DNA from: an uncultured bacterium
GTDB lineage: Bacteria > Desulfobacterota_D > UBA1144 > Nemesobacterales > UBA2774
NCBI GenBank assembly: GCA_963825135.1
Contig: CAWGRW010000009.1
Location: forward strand, 192,001 to 256,000
Reading direction: 5' to 3'
Length of the DNA: 64,000 nucleotides
In this document: positions 38,237-48,817 of the stretch, in pieces
Position numbering within the stretch: the stretch's first letter is position 1
Layout: the number at the start of each line of letters is the position of its first letter
Made by a program: the position numbers and the translations under genes
Notes under the pieces: model-generated
The model's input: only the letters and a program-made list of their open reading frames with translations
What the model was told of the DNA's origin: nothing
Databases searched by the model: none

Positions 38237-39550
38237 ATGTTCGAAGGCTCGCCGCTTGAATACTACATAAAGAAATTCTCCGACTACGACCCCGTCATCT
38301 CCGCGCACGTGATAGAAACCATGGATATAGAGGAGAGCGCCGAGGTCTTCAGGAGCCTGCCCCCGCAGATATCGAAGACGATTTTCGAGAACCTCCAGAA
38401 CGAATACGCGGCCAAGCTCCTGGGCAGCCTGCCCGACGATATCGCCGGGGAGATCATACGGGGCATTGAGCCGCTCAAGGTCTCCCTCATCGTGAGCGTG
38501 TGCCCCATGTCGCTAAAAAACAAGATAGCGCAGAACCTCACCGAGAAGCAAAAGCGCGAGATCGGGGACCTGCTGGAGTACCCCAAGGACAGCGTGGGGT
38601 ACATGATGAGCCCGATTTTCCTCGCGCTCCGGGACGACCTCAGGATTTCCGACGCAGTGAACAAGATAAAGCTCATGGCCGGGCAGGAGAACATGCCGCT
38701 CTCCTACGTCTACGTCGTCGACGCGGACTTCAAGCTGGCAGGGGTGCTCAGCATGAGGGACCTGCTCATAGGGGAGCCGCACAGGAAGCTATCGGACGTG
38801 ATGATAAAGAACGTCTTTTGCCTCAACTCCTTCATGGACGCGAATGACGCGGCGAGCATCGTATCAAAACAGAAATTCTTCGCCGTGCCCGTAGTCGACA
38901 ACACGCAGAAGCTCGTGGGCATAGTGAACACGAACCGGCTCCTGAGCGACATGCAGGACGAGTACTCGGCCGACATACAGACCATCTTCGGCGTCTCGAG
39001 CGAGGAGAGGCCATTTTCGAGCACCTTCTTCTCGCTCAGAAAGAGGCTCCCGTGGTTAAACGTCAACCTCGCGACGGCCTTTCTGGCGGCGGGCGTCGTC
39101 TCCATGTTCCAGGACACGATAGCGAAGATCACGGTGCTCGCGGTCTTCCTCCCCATAGTCGCGAGCCAGGGAGGAAACGGCGGCGCGCAGTCGCTAGCGG
39201 TCGTGATGAGGGGGCTCGTGATGAGGGAGATATCCAAAGGCGATTTCCCGAAGCTCCTCTGGAAGGAGGTAAAGCTCGGGATCGCGAACGGTCTCATAGT
39301 CGGTCTCATCACGGCGCTTATCGCGTACGCCTGGCAGCGGGACGTCACGCTCGGCGTGGTGATCGGGCTCGCCATGATCGTCAACCTCCTGATCGCGGGC
39401 CTCTCGGGCGCGATGGTGCCTATAGGGCTCAAGTCCCTGGGCTTCGACCCCGCGCAGTCCTCCATGATAATCCTCACCACCGTGACGGATATCGTCGGGT
39501 TTGCGGCGTTTCTCGGACTGGCTACAATATTCTTCAGGTTGAGTATGTAG
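38237..39550 (+). CDS. mgtE: Magnesium transporter MgtE
   Basis: MgtE N domain, CBS pair, KRLPWL, GGNGGAQ, DPAQSS, TTVTDIVG; GGAGG RBS before MFEGS. Confidence 0.93.
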   Translation: MFEGSPLEYYIKKFSDYDPVISAHVIETMDIEESAEVFRSLPPQISKTIFENLQNEYAAKLLGSLPDDIAGEIIRGIEPLKVSLIVSVCPMSLKNKIAQNLTEKQKREIGDLLEYPKDSVGYMMSPIFLALRDDLRISDAVNKIKLMAGQENMPLSYVYVVDADFKLAGVLSMRDLLIGEPHRKLSDVMIKNVFCLNSFMDANDAASIVSKQKFFAVPVVDNTQKLVGIVNTNRLLSDMQDEYSADIQTIFGVSSEERPFSSTFFSLRKRLPWLNVNLATAFLAAGVVSMFQDTIAKITVLAVFLPIVASQGGNGGAQSLAVVMRGLVMREISKGDFPKLLWKEVKLGIANGLIVGLITALIAYAWQRDVTLGVVIGLAMIVNLLIAGLSGAMVPIGLKSLGFDPAQSSMIILTTVTDIVGFAAFLGLATIFFRLSM

Positions 39551-39565
39551 GCGGGACTGAAACGG

Positions 39566-40102
39566 ATGGCAAAGGAACGGGTAAAACTGCTGATAGGAAG
39601 GAAAGAGAAGGTAGACTTTCCCAAGCTCGGGCTCTTCGGGATGAACGCCAAGGTCGACACAGGCGCCTACACCTCCGCTATACACTGCGACAGCATAAGG
39701 GCGGTCAGAAAGGGCGGCCAGAGGTTCGTGAGGTTCAGGCTCCTCGACCCCTCCCACGCCTCTTACGACGGGAGGGAGATACGCAGACGCCTCGTCGGAA
39801 GGAGGAAGGTCAAGAACTCCTTCGGTCAGACGGAATTCAGGTACATCATAAAAACGATCATAGAGATCTTCGGAAGGGAGTTCGAGATAGAGCTCTCGCT
39901 CTCGGACAGATCAGGGATGGAGCACCCGATACTGCTCGGGAGGAAGTTCATACAGGACAAATTCGTCGTGGACGTGTCCAGGTTCGACCTGTCGAGGAAA
40001 AAGAAGGTCATCGAGATCGGCGGTCGCGGCAAGTCCGAGCGGAAGAAGCCGGGGAAACGGGATAAGCGCGGAAGAGCGGGAAAAGACGGCGCGGAGGAAT
40101 GA
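39566..40102 (+). CDS. RimK/LysX-associated retropepsin-like protease (RimB-like)
   Basis: IGRKE, AKVDTGAYTSAIH, VKNSFG, LSDRSGM..PILLGRKF. Confidence 0.85.
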   Translation: MAKERVKLLIGRKEKVDFPKLGLFGMNAKVDTGAYTSAIHCDSIRAVRKGGQRFVRFRLLDPSHASYDGREIRRRLVGRRKVKNSFGQTEFRYIIKTIIEIFGREFEIELSLSDRSGMEHPILLGRKFIQDKFVVDVSRFDLSRKKKVIEIGGRGKSERKKPGKRDKRGRAGKDGAEE

Positions 40103-40129
40103 CCGGGCGCACGCCGGATGCGGCGGGAC

Positions 40130-40334
40130 TCACCCGCTTATTATGTCGATCGCCTGATTCATGAGCGCCTCGGGGAACCTCGCTACCCTGCCGTCCACGA
40201 ACTGGACCCTGTAGGATTTCCCGTGCGGGCAGGTCGAAGGTCTCGACTACCGTCCCCTTTAGCCCCTGCTCGAACCTGTCCTTTTTCCCCTCGATAGGCT
40301 GATTCAACATGACGCTTGACCCTTTCTTGTACAT
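40130..40334 (-). CDS. Small hypothetical protein, frameshifted near 40225
   Basis: GAGGTGAGGG RBS; MYKKGSSV...KGTVVETFDLP then HGKSYRVQFVDGRVARFPEALMNQAIDIISG* in another frame. Confidence 0.6.
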
Positions 40335-40437
40335 CCCTCACCTCTCGCAAATATATCCAAACGAATGAGAAATATACAAATCCCGCGCCGTTTTGCAAAT
40401 TGGGGGGGGACGATTAAATAGAGTGCGATTCTTTATC

Positions 40438-40556
40438 TGTCATTGCGAGCGGAGTAGAACGGAGCGCGGCAATCTCAATTGTCCGCGGCGACCCGCCGCC
40501 GGTTCGACCTGAGCAGGAGCCCGTCCTGAGCGAAGCGAAGGATCGAAGGGTCGAAT
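40438..40556. repeat. REP mosaic (TGTCATTGCGAG..GCAATCTC plus GTTCGACCTGAGC..CTGAGCGAAGCGAAGG..GTCGAA)
   Basis: Same families and order-related motifs as 23032-23203. Confidence 0.75.
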
Positions 40557-40646
40557 GGCGGGAACACAGACGATACTTCACCCTAATGCAACATCTTTAC
40601 ATCGAATCCCTAAAAGTTATATAATGTGACGGCGGAGGTGACGCCG

Positions 40647-41342
40647 ATGGCAGAGTTCCTCGATAAGCTCAAGGTCAGGCTCGACAAGGGTTTGACGACG
40701 GTAAACGAAAAATCAAAGGAAATAATAGGGAGGCAGAAGATAAGGCTCCACCTCTCGGAGCTGGAGGCGGAAAAGAAGATGGTGTTTCAGGAGCTCGGAA
40801 AGGTGACTTACGGCAGTTACCGGCTTTCGGGAGAGGTCCCGGGTCTCGCGGCAGCGGAGACCCCCCGCGCGGCCCTGCCGGAGGCCCTCGACAACTGGGA
40901 GGCGTCGGTCGTCCTCGTGCTGGGGAGGCTCTCTAACGGGGAGCTCGCAAACATCCTGTTCGAAGATACGCCGAGGCAGTTCAAGGTCACCGCGAAGACG
41001 CTCTACGAGGAAGTGGAGAAGCTCATACCCGATTCCGAGAAAAAGGGTCAGAACCTGCAGTGGCTCGGGCGCGTGCTCGGGAAGTTCGGGATTGCGGCGA
41101 AAAAGGTCTCCAAGAGGATAGACGGCGAGAGGGAGACGGTTTACGAGTTCGACAAACAGAAGACGCGCTCCATACTGGACAGCCTGTCGTCAGCCGGAGA
41201 AAAAAAAGGGAAGGACGAGAGTCGGGCCGGAAGCGCCCGGGACATGAGCGCGATAACCTCGGCGTGCGCCAGGCTCGCGGACATAGATTCCAGGATTGAA
41301 AAGCTCAAGAAACAAATGAAGGAAATCGGCAAGGAAGACTAG
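40647..41342 (+). CDS. Hypothetical coiled-coil protein with central inserted domain
   Basis: GGAGG RBS before MAEFLDKLK; open 231-aa frame with host-like codon usage. Confidence 0.65.
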   Translation: MAEFLDKLKVRLDKGLTTVNEKSKEIIGRQKIRLHLSELEAEKKMVFQELGKVTYGSYRLSGEVPGLAAAETPRAALPEALDNWEASVVLVLGRLSNGELANILFEDTPRQFKVTAKTLYEEVEKLIPDSEKKGQNLQWLGRVLGKFGIAAKKVSKRIDGERETVYEFDKQKTRSILDSLSSAGEKKGKDESRAGSARDMSAITSACARLADIDSRIEKLKKQMKEIGKED

Positions 41343-41372
41343 AAGTCAGGCGCCGGCATTCACCGGGTCCGA

Positions 41373-41702
41373 TCAGAGCGCTTTTCCGACGACCCTCTCG
41401 ATCTCGCCCTTGGGCACCGCGCCAATGATCTGCTCCACGGCCTGCCCGCCCTTGAAAACGATGAGAGTGGGGATGCTTCTGATTCCGAACTTCATTGTAG
41501 TCTGCTGGTTTTCATCGACGTTCAGCTTCCCCACCTTGAGCCTCCCCTGATAGGTGGAGGAAATCTCCTCGACGACAGGAGCTATGGCACGGCACGGTCC
41601 GCACCACGGGGCCCAGAAATCCACTAAAACCGGAGTTTCGCTCTTTATAACCTCGGCCTCGAAGTTGGAGTCGCTTAACTCAATTATTCCGTTGGCAGCC
41701 AT
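41373..41702 (-). CDS. trxA: Thioredoxin
   Basis: DFWAPWCGPC, IRSIPTL. Confidence 0.97.
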   Translation of the reverse strand: MAANGIIELSDSNFEAEVIKSETPVLVDFWAPWCGPCRAIAPVVEEISSTYQGRLKVGKLNVDENQQTTMKFGIRSIPTLIVFKGGQAVEQIIGAVPKGEIERVVGKAL

Positions 41703-41755
41703 AGATAATCTCCTTTGTTAGATCCTCGAATATTATATCAGAAATCCCGGCCGTG

Positions 41756-43312
41756 TCACTTTCCCGCGTTATACCCGGCGGGCTTGTTATTCCCGGGGAT
41801 GAAGTTCTCTATCCGGACGCTTTTTTTCTCGAGCAGCGTGCCTTTGGCGTATTCGAGCTCGGCGAGCGATATGTTGTAGCTCGTCACGGCCGTGATCTCC
41901 CTCGTGCCCGCGTCGATGAGGTCCCTCTGGGCTTCGAGCACGTCCCGCGTCGTGCCTATCCCCACGTTGAGCCTCTCCTGCTCGTTGCTGACGACTTCCT
42001 CGGCGAGTTTAACCGATTCCTTCGCCGCGTCGATCGCCCGGAGGCTGTTCTCTATCTGCCGTATCGCGCTCCTCACGTCGAGCGCCACGTCGTCCTCGGT
42101 CCGGCTGAGCACGATGTCGCTCCTGTCGAGCTCGGCCGTGGCCTTCACGTAATTCCCCCTCGCGGTCCTGTTGAAGATCGGGAAGCTGAATATGCCGAGC
42201 ACCTGCCATGTCGCGAAGTCCCCGTTCCATAACTGCCTGAACGCGTCGCCCGGGCTGTTGAACTCGGGCGGTATGGGCTCGGGCTGGTCTTCGAAGCTGA
42301 GTCTGTCGGGGTTCTCGTCCCCGCCGAGGCCCTGGAGCTGGAGGCCCCCCTCCACGGCGAGCCTCGGGAGCCGCTGGTTGGAATAGTAGTGCTTGAGCGT
42401 CTTCTTGTTCTCTATGTCGAGCTTCACCTGGTCGATTTCGGGCCTCCGCTCGTAAGCGACCTTGAGCGATTCTTCCTCGCTGAATGTATAGACCGTCGTA
42501 GTCGGCTCGTCCACGGCCGTTATCTTCCGGGCGAGGTCCATTGCGAGGACGTTTTTCAGGTCGTCCTGCGAGGCCTGGAGGTCGTTCTCGGCCCTTATCA
42601 CGTTGACCTCCCTGGCGGCGACCTCGGACTCGGCCTGCGTCACAGAGACCGGCGGCAGGACGCCTACGTCCACCTGTATCTGGTTACGGTTCTTGAGGTC
42701 TACGGCGAGATCGAGCGCGGTCCTCTCGAGCTCCAGGTTCTTCCTCGCCGCCACGACCAGCCAGTAACGCCTTTCGACCTCTAGCAGCACCTGGGATATC
42801 CTTTTTTCGAGCTCCTTCTCCGTAATCCGGCTCGTCCTCTTGGCCGTAACGATGAATGTCCTGTTCACGTCCGCGCCGAAATTCCTGAGCAGCTCCTGCC
42901 CCAGGCTGAAGCCCACGTTGTTGAACCAGCTCGGGCTCAGGTCCTCAAGTGGGTTATTGGTTTTGGTCCAGGTCGTGGAGAAATCGATAAGGTTGTAAAA
43001 CGTGCCCGTAGGCAGCGTCCCGGCTACGTTGGCCTCGGCGCTGAACTCCTTCTGCGTCACGGTTCCGCTCGGTATAAAAGTGCTTAACTCCGGTGTGTCC
43101 CCGTCGTTAAAAAACGACACGATATTGAAGAGCGGGTCGAATTTCCCCTCCTGTGACGTTATTTCCCCTTCCGAGAACAACACGTTTTTTTCCTCTATCT
43201 GTATGTCCCTGTTATTCTCGAGGGCTATCCTCACCGCGTCTTTCAGTGTGAGGTCGAGAGCGCTGTCAGTTCCCGTCATCGAGATCAAAATCAATAAAAA
43301 CATTTTGGTCAT
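41756..43312 (-). CDS. TolC-family outer membrane efflux protein
   Basis: LTLKDAVRIALENN, RRPEI, two OEP repeats, GIGTTRDVLEAQRDL. Confidence 0.9.
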   Translation of the reverse strand: MTKMFLLILISMTGTDSALDLTLKDAVRIALENNRDIQIEEKNVLFSEGEITSQEGKFDPLFNIVSFFNDGDTPELSTFIPSGTVTQKEFSAEANVAGTLPTGTFYNLIDFSTTWTKTNNPLEDLSPSWFNNVGFSLGQELLRNFGADVNRTFIVTAKRTSRITEKELEKRISQVLLEVERRYWLVVAARKNLELERTALDLAVDLKNRNQIQVDVGVLPPVSVTQAESEVAAREVNVIRAENDLQASQDDLKNVLAMDLARKITAVDEPTTTVYTFSEEESLKVAYERRPEIDQVKLDIENKKTLKHYYSNQRLPRLAVEGGLQLQGLGGDENPDRLSFEDQPEPIPPEFNSPGDAFRQLWNGDFATWQVLGIFSFPIFNRTARGNYVKATAELDRSDIVLSRTEDDVALDVRSAIRQIENSLRAIDAAKESVKLAEEVVSNEQERLNVGIGTTRDVLEAQRDLIDAGTREITAVTSYNISLAELEYAKGTLLEKKSVRIENFIPGNNKPAGYNAGK

Positions 43313-43448
43313 CGTAATCTCCTCGAAAGGTACGCTCTACCGGGGATACTTGTTCATGAGTCCGGGCTACATTATTAATTGAACTACTCAGGTTTTCAAT
43401 CGGTCACAATAATCAGCGTTCGATAAGCCGGCCGGAAGCCGGCCAATC

Positions 43449-43498
43449 TTGACACTCCATACCATCGCTGGTAATTTGTAAGTAATTACTTACTTACA
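43449..43498 (+). promoter_or_regulatory. sigma70 promoter of tetR with adjacent palindromic operator
   Basis: TTGACA 43449-54, 17 bp, TGn-TAATTT 43472-77; perfect 16-bp palindrome GTAAGTAATTACTTAC 43478-43493. Confidence 0.7.
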
Positions 43499-43518
43499 GC
43501 CTACAGGGATAAAACAAA

Positions 43519-44175
43519 ATGTCAACAGATAAAGCGCTCGAAAAAGCGGCGTCTCCGTCAAGGGAATCAGCGAAAGAAAAAGTAAACACGCACGACAAAA
43601 TACTCGAAGCGGCTATAAAACTTTTCTCCGTAAAAGGGTTCAACGGCACTACGACGAAGGAGATAGCGGAGGCGGCGGAGGTCAACGAAGCCCTTATCTT
43701 CAGGCATTTTTCCACGAAGCGGGACCTCTACGGCGCGATAATCGAGCGGAAGATAAGCGAGGAGCCCGGGATCGAGATGTCTCTTGAGACCCACAGGGAC
43801 TCCAAGGACGACCGTCTCGTATTCACAGCGATCGCGGAGCGGATGTTCGACAAATGCGGCAGGGACCCGAGCTTCATGAGACTGCTGCATTTCAGCGCGC
43901 TCGAGGGGCACGACCTCTCGGACATGTTCTTCGACACCTACGTCGAGTACATCAACATGCTTATCTCCGATTACATAGACACGAGGGTCAAGGACGGCGC
44001 TTTTAAGGGCCTGAACCCACTTTATTCCTCGAAGGCCTTCATAGGGATGGTCGTCAATCAGATAATAGTGCAGGAGCTTTTCGGGGAAAAGAAAAAGAAT
44101 AAAACGGACAATAAAGAATTGATCGGGACCTTCGTCGAAATTTTCCTCGAGGGCATAAAAACGAGTCCGGCCTGA
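43519..44175 (+). CDS. TetR/AcrR family transcriptional regulator
   Basis: ILEAAIKLFSVKGFNGTTTKEIAEAAEVNEALIFRHFSTKRDLY helix-turn-helix. Confidence 0.95.
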   Translation: MSTDKALEKAASPSRESAKEKVNTHDKILEAAIKLFSVKGFNGTTTKEIAEAAEVNEALIFRHFSTKRDLYGAIIERKISEEPGIEMSLETHRDSKDDRLVFTAIAERMFDKCGRDPSFMRLLHFSALEGHDLSDMFFDTYVEYINMLISDYIDTRVKDGAFKGLNPLYSSKAFIGMVVNQIIVQELFGEKKKNKTDNKELIGTFVEIFLEGIKTSPA

Positions 44176-44386
44176 GACCCCCTTATTTGAATTCGAGCCG
44201 CCCCCGCTGAGAGCCGCCTCCGTTTCGCGAAAGACAATAGCGAGGCCGGATCAGCCCGGAATATATATCACATGATCAGACGCGCCGTTCTTCTTTCCGT
44301 CCCCGAAGCCCCGCGCGAGAGCTACGGGTCAGGTGTCCCGCAAATAATCAATCCGAATACGCGGAATATCCGTATTAATCATCGTA

Positions 44387-45265
44387 ATGAAAATCACGTA
44401 CACCGACTGGATTCCGCTCTTTTTACTCCCAGCGCTCGCCATACTCCTTCTGCGTCCGGCCCTCCCGGCGTGGGGGTTTCTTTTCGCGGTCGCGTTCTCG
44501 ATCTTCTACGGGTTCAAGTGGGCGACGTACAGGAGGGCGCATAGAAGGGGCGCGAGGCCGGGGCCCAAGAGTACAATCGGATATCTCTTCTGCTGGGTGG
44601 GGATGGACGGGGCGGCGTTTTTCGACAGATCGGACGGGGTCCCGAAACCGCCCGCCTCCGAATGGCTGCTCGCTCTCTTCAAGACCTCGCTCGGCCTGGC
44701 GCTCTTCTTCTTCGTCGCCCGCATTTGTTACCCCGCGCATACCCTGACCGCGGGATATATCGGGCTCACCGGCTTCCTGCTTTTCACGTTCTTCGGCACG
44801 TTCCACCTGTTGTCGCTTTACTGGAGGCGGCGCGGCGTGAACGCGGTCCCGATAATGAACTCGCCCCTCCGCCCCTCCTCCCTCTCCGATTTCTGGAGCA
44901 GCAGGTGGAACCTCGCGTTCAGGGACATAGACCGCGCGTTCGTGTTCAGGCCGGTCTTGAGGAGATGGGGCGTCGTATACGCGGTCCTGGCCGCGTTCGC
45001 GTTCTCGGGCATACTCCACGACCTCCTCATATCGCTTCCCGCGGGCGCGTGGTACGGCCTCCCCACGCTCTACTTTCTCATCCAGGCCGGAGGGGTGTTC
45101 ATAGAGAAATCGGGTTACGGAGTGAGGGCGGGAATTAACCGCGGACTCAGGGGATGGCTCTTCGCCGCGGTCTTTATTCTCGTCCCGATCGTTTTACTCT
45201 TTCACCCGCCGTCGATCGAGAACTGCCTGCTCCCCTTCATGAAGGCGCTCCGCGCCCTCGGGTGA
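44387..45265 (+). CDS. Membrane-bound O-acyltransferase (MBOAT/wax-synthase-like)
   Basis: SLSDFWSSRWN, FAFSGILHD, multiple TMs. Confidence 0.85.
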   Translation: MKITYTDWIPLFLLPALAILLLRPALPAWGFLFAVAFSIFYGFKWATYRRAHRRGARPGPKSTIGYLFCWVGMDGAAFFDRSDGVPKPPASEWLLALFKTSLGLALFFFVARICYPAHTLTAGYIGLTGFLLFTFFGTFHLLSLYWRRRGVNAVPIMNSPLRPSSLSDFWSSRWNLAFRDIDRAFVFRPVLRRWGVVYAVLAAFAFSGILHDLLISLPAGAWYGLPTLYFLIQAGGVFIEKSGYGVRAGINRGLRGWLFAAVFILVPIVLLFHPPSIENCLLPFMKALRALG

Positions 45266-45327
45266 CCCGGTGGACTTGCCGCCCGGCCGCCGTTAAACTG
45301 AACCCGAAGGCAGTGGAGGGCCCGACC

Positions 45328-45936
45328 GTGCTGTTCTCCGTAAAAAAAAGCGCCCTACTTTCGCTCGCGCTTACGCTCGTGTTCGCGTCGGTCTCCATCC
45401 TTCTGAAACATCTCCTGGGCCTCGACTGGAATCCGCATATCGGCGGAACGGCCCCTAAGCAGTTTTTGTCGGGCCTCGGGTTGATACTGGCGTCCGACTT
45501 CTCGATCACCCTCCTGCTCGTGACCATATTTCATACGGCGTTCGTCCGTCTTTCGATGGAGCTTGCGCAATACTTCAGCCCTCAGGGCGTATACGCGATA
45601 CTGGCGGGGGGCCTCCTCGCCGGGAGCGAGGAGATGTTCTTCCGGGGGATACTCCTCCGGTACATGATTGAGACTCTTAACACCGGGGTCTATTACGCAG
45701 TGATAGCGTCCGCGGTAATATTCGGCTTATTCCACGTCATAAGAAATAAACGCCTCGCGCTCTTCGCAATCTGGGCGGTCTGGGAGGGCGTCATACTCGG
45801 AGCGGTGTATGTATATACGGATTCCCTTCCCGTCACGATGGCAGTGCACGCGGCCCACGATGTGCTGGGGTTCGCGCTTTTTTCCCTCCGGAGGAGACGC
45901 GGGTTTCTCTTGCAGAAAAAACACCCGGGGTTTTGA
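45328..45936 (+). CDS. CPBP (CAAX/Abi) intramembrane glutamic endopeptidase
   Basis: EEMFFRG, FGLFH, HAAHD; GTG start after GGAGG. Confidence 0.85.
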   Translation: MLFSVKKSALLSLALTLVFASVSILLKHLLGLDWNPHIGGTAPKQFLSGLGLILASDFSITLLLVTIFHTAFVRLSMELAQYFSPQGVYAILAGGLLAGSEEMFFRGILLRYMIETLNTGVYYAVIASAVIFGLFHVIRNKRLALFAIWAVWEGVILGAVYVYTDSLPVTMAVHAAHDVLGFALFSLRRRRGFLLQKKHPGF

Positions 45937-45995
45937 GCGGCGATATAGATGGTAAAATGTTACTCCTTAGAATTTTTACACCCGGGGAGTGATAT

Positions 45996-46991
45996 ATGAA
46001 TTTCGAATCCGAGCTAAAAGTGGCCGTCGAAGCGGTGAGGAAGGCGTGCGGGCTATGCGTAGGCGTGCAGTCCTCGCTCGTTTCCGAAAAAACGGTAACG
46101 AAGAAGGATGACTCTCCGGTCACGATCGCCGATTTCGGGGCGCAGGCGGTTATCTGTCACGAGCTTATGAAATCGTTCCCCGGCATACCCATAGTGGCCG
46201 AAGAGGACTCGGCCGAATTGAGGTCGGAGGAAGGCCTCACCGCGCGAGTGCTAGAATTCGCGTCCGAGGTGTTTCCGGGCATGGACGAAGAGGGCCTCGT
46301 CGCGGCGATTGACTCCGGGGACTCAGGCGGAGGCAAGTGCGGCAGGTTCTGGACGCTCGACCCGATAGACGGGACAACGGGTTTTTTAAGGGGCGAGCAA
46401 TATGCGGTCGCCCTCGCGCTCATCGAGGACGGCCGGGTAGTGCTGGGCGTGCTCGGATGCCCGAGCCTGCCGCTCGATCTCAAGCATCCGGACAGAGACA
46501 AGGGCTGCATACTCACCGCGGTCAGGGGCGGGGGTTCATCCATGCGCCCCCTCGGGCATAACACGCCGAAACTCATAGCGGTCTCCGACATAGACGACCC
46601 GAGACACGCGCCTTTCTGCGAGTCGGTCGAATCCGCCCACTCCTCTCACGGGGATTCCGCGCGCATAGCGGAGCTCCTCGGAGTGAAGGCGCCGCCGATC
46701 AGGATAGACAGCCAGTGCAAGTACGCCGTGCTCGCGCGGGGCGACGCGTCCATTTATCTGAGACTCCCGACGAAGAAAGACTACGTCGAGAAGATATGGG
46801 ACCACGCGGCGGGCTCGATAATCGTCGAGGAAGCGGGCGGGGTAGTGACGGACGCGCGCGGTCGGGAACTCGACTTCTCTTTGGGCAGGACCCTTTCGGG
46901 CAATAAAGGCATAGTCGCGACGAACGGACTAATCCACGGGAGAGTACTCGACGCGGTAAGGGAGGTTCTCGGCTCCGGGGCAGAGGGCTGA
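45996..46991 (+). CDS. 3'(2'),5'-bisphosphate nucleotidase, HAL2/Met22-type
   Basis: KDDSPVTIADFGAQA, AEED, LDPIDGT, IDSQCKY, EKIWDHAAG. Confidence 0.9.
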   Translation: MNFESELKVAVEAVRKACGLCVGVQSSLVSEKTVTKKDDSPVTIADFGAQAVICHELMKSFPGIPIVAEEDSAELRSEEGLTARVLEFASEVFPGMDEEGLVAAIDSGDSGGGKCGRFWTLDPIDGTTGFLRGEQYAVALALIEDGRVVLGVLGCPSLPLDLKHPDRDKGCILTAVRGGGSSMRPLGHNTPKLIAVSDIDDPRHAPFCESVESAHSSHGDSARIAELLGVKAPPIRIDSQCKYAVLARGDASIYLRLPTKKDYVEKIWDHAAGSIIVEEAGGVVTDARGRELDFSLGRTLSGNKGIVATNGLIHGRVLDAVREVLGSGAEG

Positions 46992-47002
46992 CATACCGGG
47001 CT

Positions 47003-47997
47003 TCAATCCCTGCACTTGAACCCCGCCGAGACCTCGTCCAGATAGGCGATGTCGTCTTCCGAAAGCCTGAAATCCATCGCCCCCGCGTTCTCCCCCGCCT
47101 GCTCCGCGCTCGTAGCGCCGGGAATGACCACTACGCACTCACCGTGGAAATTCAGGAGCCAGTTAAGGGCCGCCTGAGAGGGCGTCGCGCTGTATTTAGC
47201 CGCGACTCTCTTGATGGCCTCCGCGACGGGCCTCGATTTTTCGAGACTCGCCTTGTTGAGTGATCCGTAAAACCTCCTGAAAAAATTCCTCTCGCTCACC
47301 GTCTCAGGGCGGTCGTGGAACTTGCCCGTAAGGAGCCCCCGAGCGAGCGGCGAGTACGCTATGACGGTCACGCCCAGGTCTTTCGCCGCCCCTAGCACCC
47401 CGTTCGTTTCTATCTCCCGCCGGAGCATGCTGTAATTCACCTGGTTTGAAACGAGGGCGAGGCCGAGACGAGAGAGCTCCATGTGCGCCTTCCTCATTCC
47501 GTCGGCCGAGAAGTTGCTGACCCCGACGTGCCTTACCTTTCCGCTCCCCGCGAGCTCCGCCATCTCCCGCATCTGTGAGCCGATGGAAGAGAATGAAAAT
47601 GGATTGTGTATCTGATGGAGGTCTATGTATTCCGTATCGAGGGACCGGAGCCTGTCGTCGATTGTCTTCCCGATCGATCCCGCCGTCCTGAACAAGGGCC
47701 ACCATTTGGTGGCTATGACGGCGCTCTCCCTCGGCACTTTCAATTCCGCTAAGCGCCCGTGAGAGCGCTTTCTCCGACTCCCCCCAGCCGTAGAGCTCGG
47801 CCGTGTCGAACCAGTTTATCCCGCCTTCGACCGACACCCTCACTATCTCCCTTATCATCGTCAGCGCTCAGGGGCGGCCAGAGGAGCCCCGACATCCCCT
47901 TGCCGCGGCTGAACTGGACGCAACCGAGCCCGACGGGCGAGACGAACATGTCCGACGTGCCGAGCCTCCTCTTATCGCGCGTGTGCTCTCGTTTCAT
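47003..47997 (-). CDS. Aldo/keto reductase, two frameshifts (about 47858 and 47745)
   Basis: LGTSDMFVSPVGLGC / NWFDTAELYG..SE / IATKW..IDLHQIH, GVSNF, SNQVNYS, AYSPLARGLLTGK, IPGA over three frames. Confidence 0.9.
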
Positions 47998-48045
47998 CAG
48001 GCTCCTTCTCTTTTAATCGACGGGGAATTTACATATAATAGCCGT

Positions 48046-48817
48046 ATGACCGCCCGAAGACGAATCATAGACCTCGGCATAACGGTCGAGCCCGCGCCCG
48101 GACCCGAGCACCAGAGGCTCGAAATTAAAGTACGAGAGGCACGAGGACACGGCCGAGTACATGATGATGAGGTTCGAGTGCGAGCGAAAAGACCTCCCCG
48201 GCGGCCTCGGGTGGGCAAACGAGTACGTCACGCTCGGCACCCACGTGGGTACGCACATGGACGCGCCCTGGCACTATCATCCGGTATCCGAGGGGAAGAA
48301 GGCCAGGACCATAGACGAGCTTCCGGTCGAGTGGTTTTACGGGGACGGGGTGGTTATAGACATGAGGCATAAGAAGCCCGGAGAGCTCATTACCACGGCC
48401 GATCTGAAAAAGGCCCTCCTAGATATCGGTTACGAGCTCAAGCCGTTCGACATCGTCCTGGTGATGACCGGGGCCGACAGGCTCTGGGGGACGAAGGAGT
48501 ACTGGTCCCGGTTCCCCGGTCTCGGGCGGGAGTCCACGCTATGGCTCGCGTCTCGGGGCGTGAAGGTGATGGGGACGGACTCGGCAGGGTGGGACAGGCC
48601 GTTTCCGGCGATGGTCGAGGAATTCAAAAGCACGGGGGATTCGAGCGTCATCTGGGGGGCGCATTTCGCCGGGATAGAGAGGGAATACTGCCAGATGGAA
48701 AAGCTCACGAACCTCGACCTGCTGCCGCCTTACGGGTTTAAGGTCGCGTGCCCTCCTGTGAAGATTCTAAACGCGAGCGCCGGGTGGGTCAGGCCTATAG
48801 CGATTATCGGGGATTAG
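48046..48817 (+). CDS. Cyclase family protein, frameshifted near 48120
   Basis: MTARRRIIDLG start in one frame; HVGTHMDAPWHY, GTDSAGWD, MEKLTNL, SAGWVR in the next. Confidence 0.87.
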
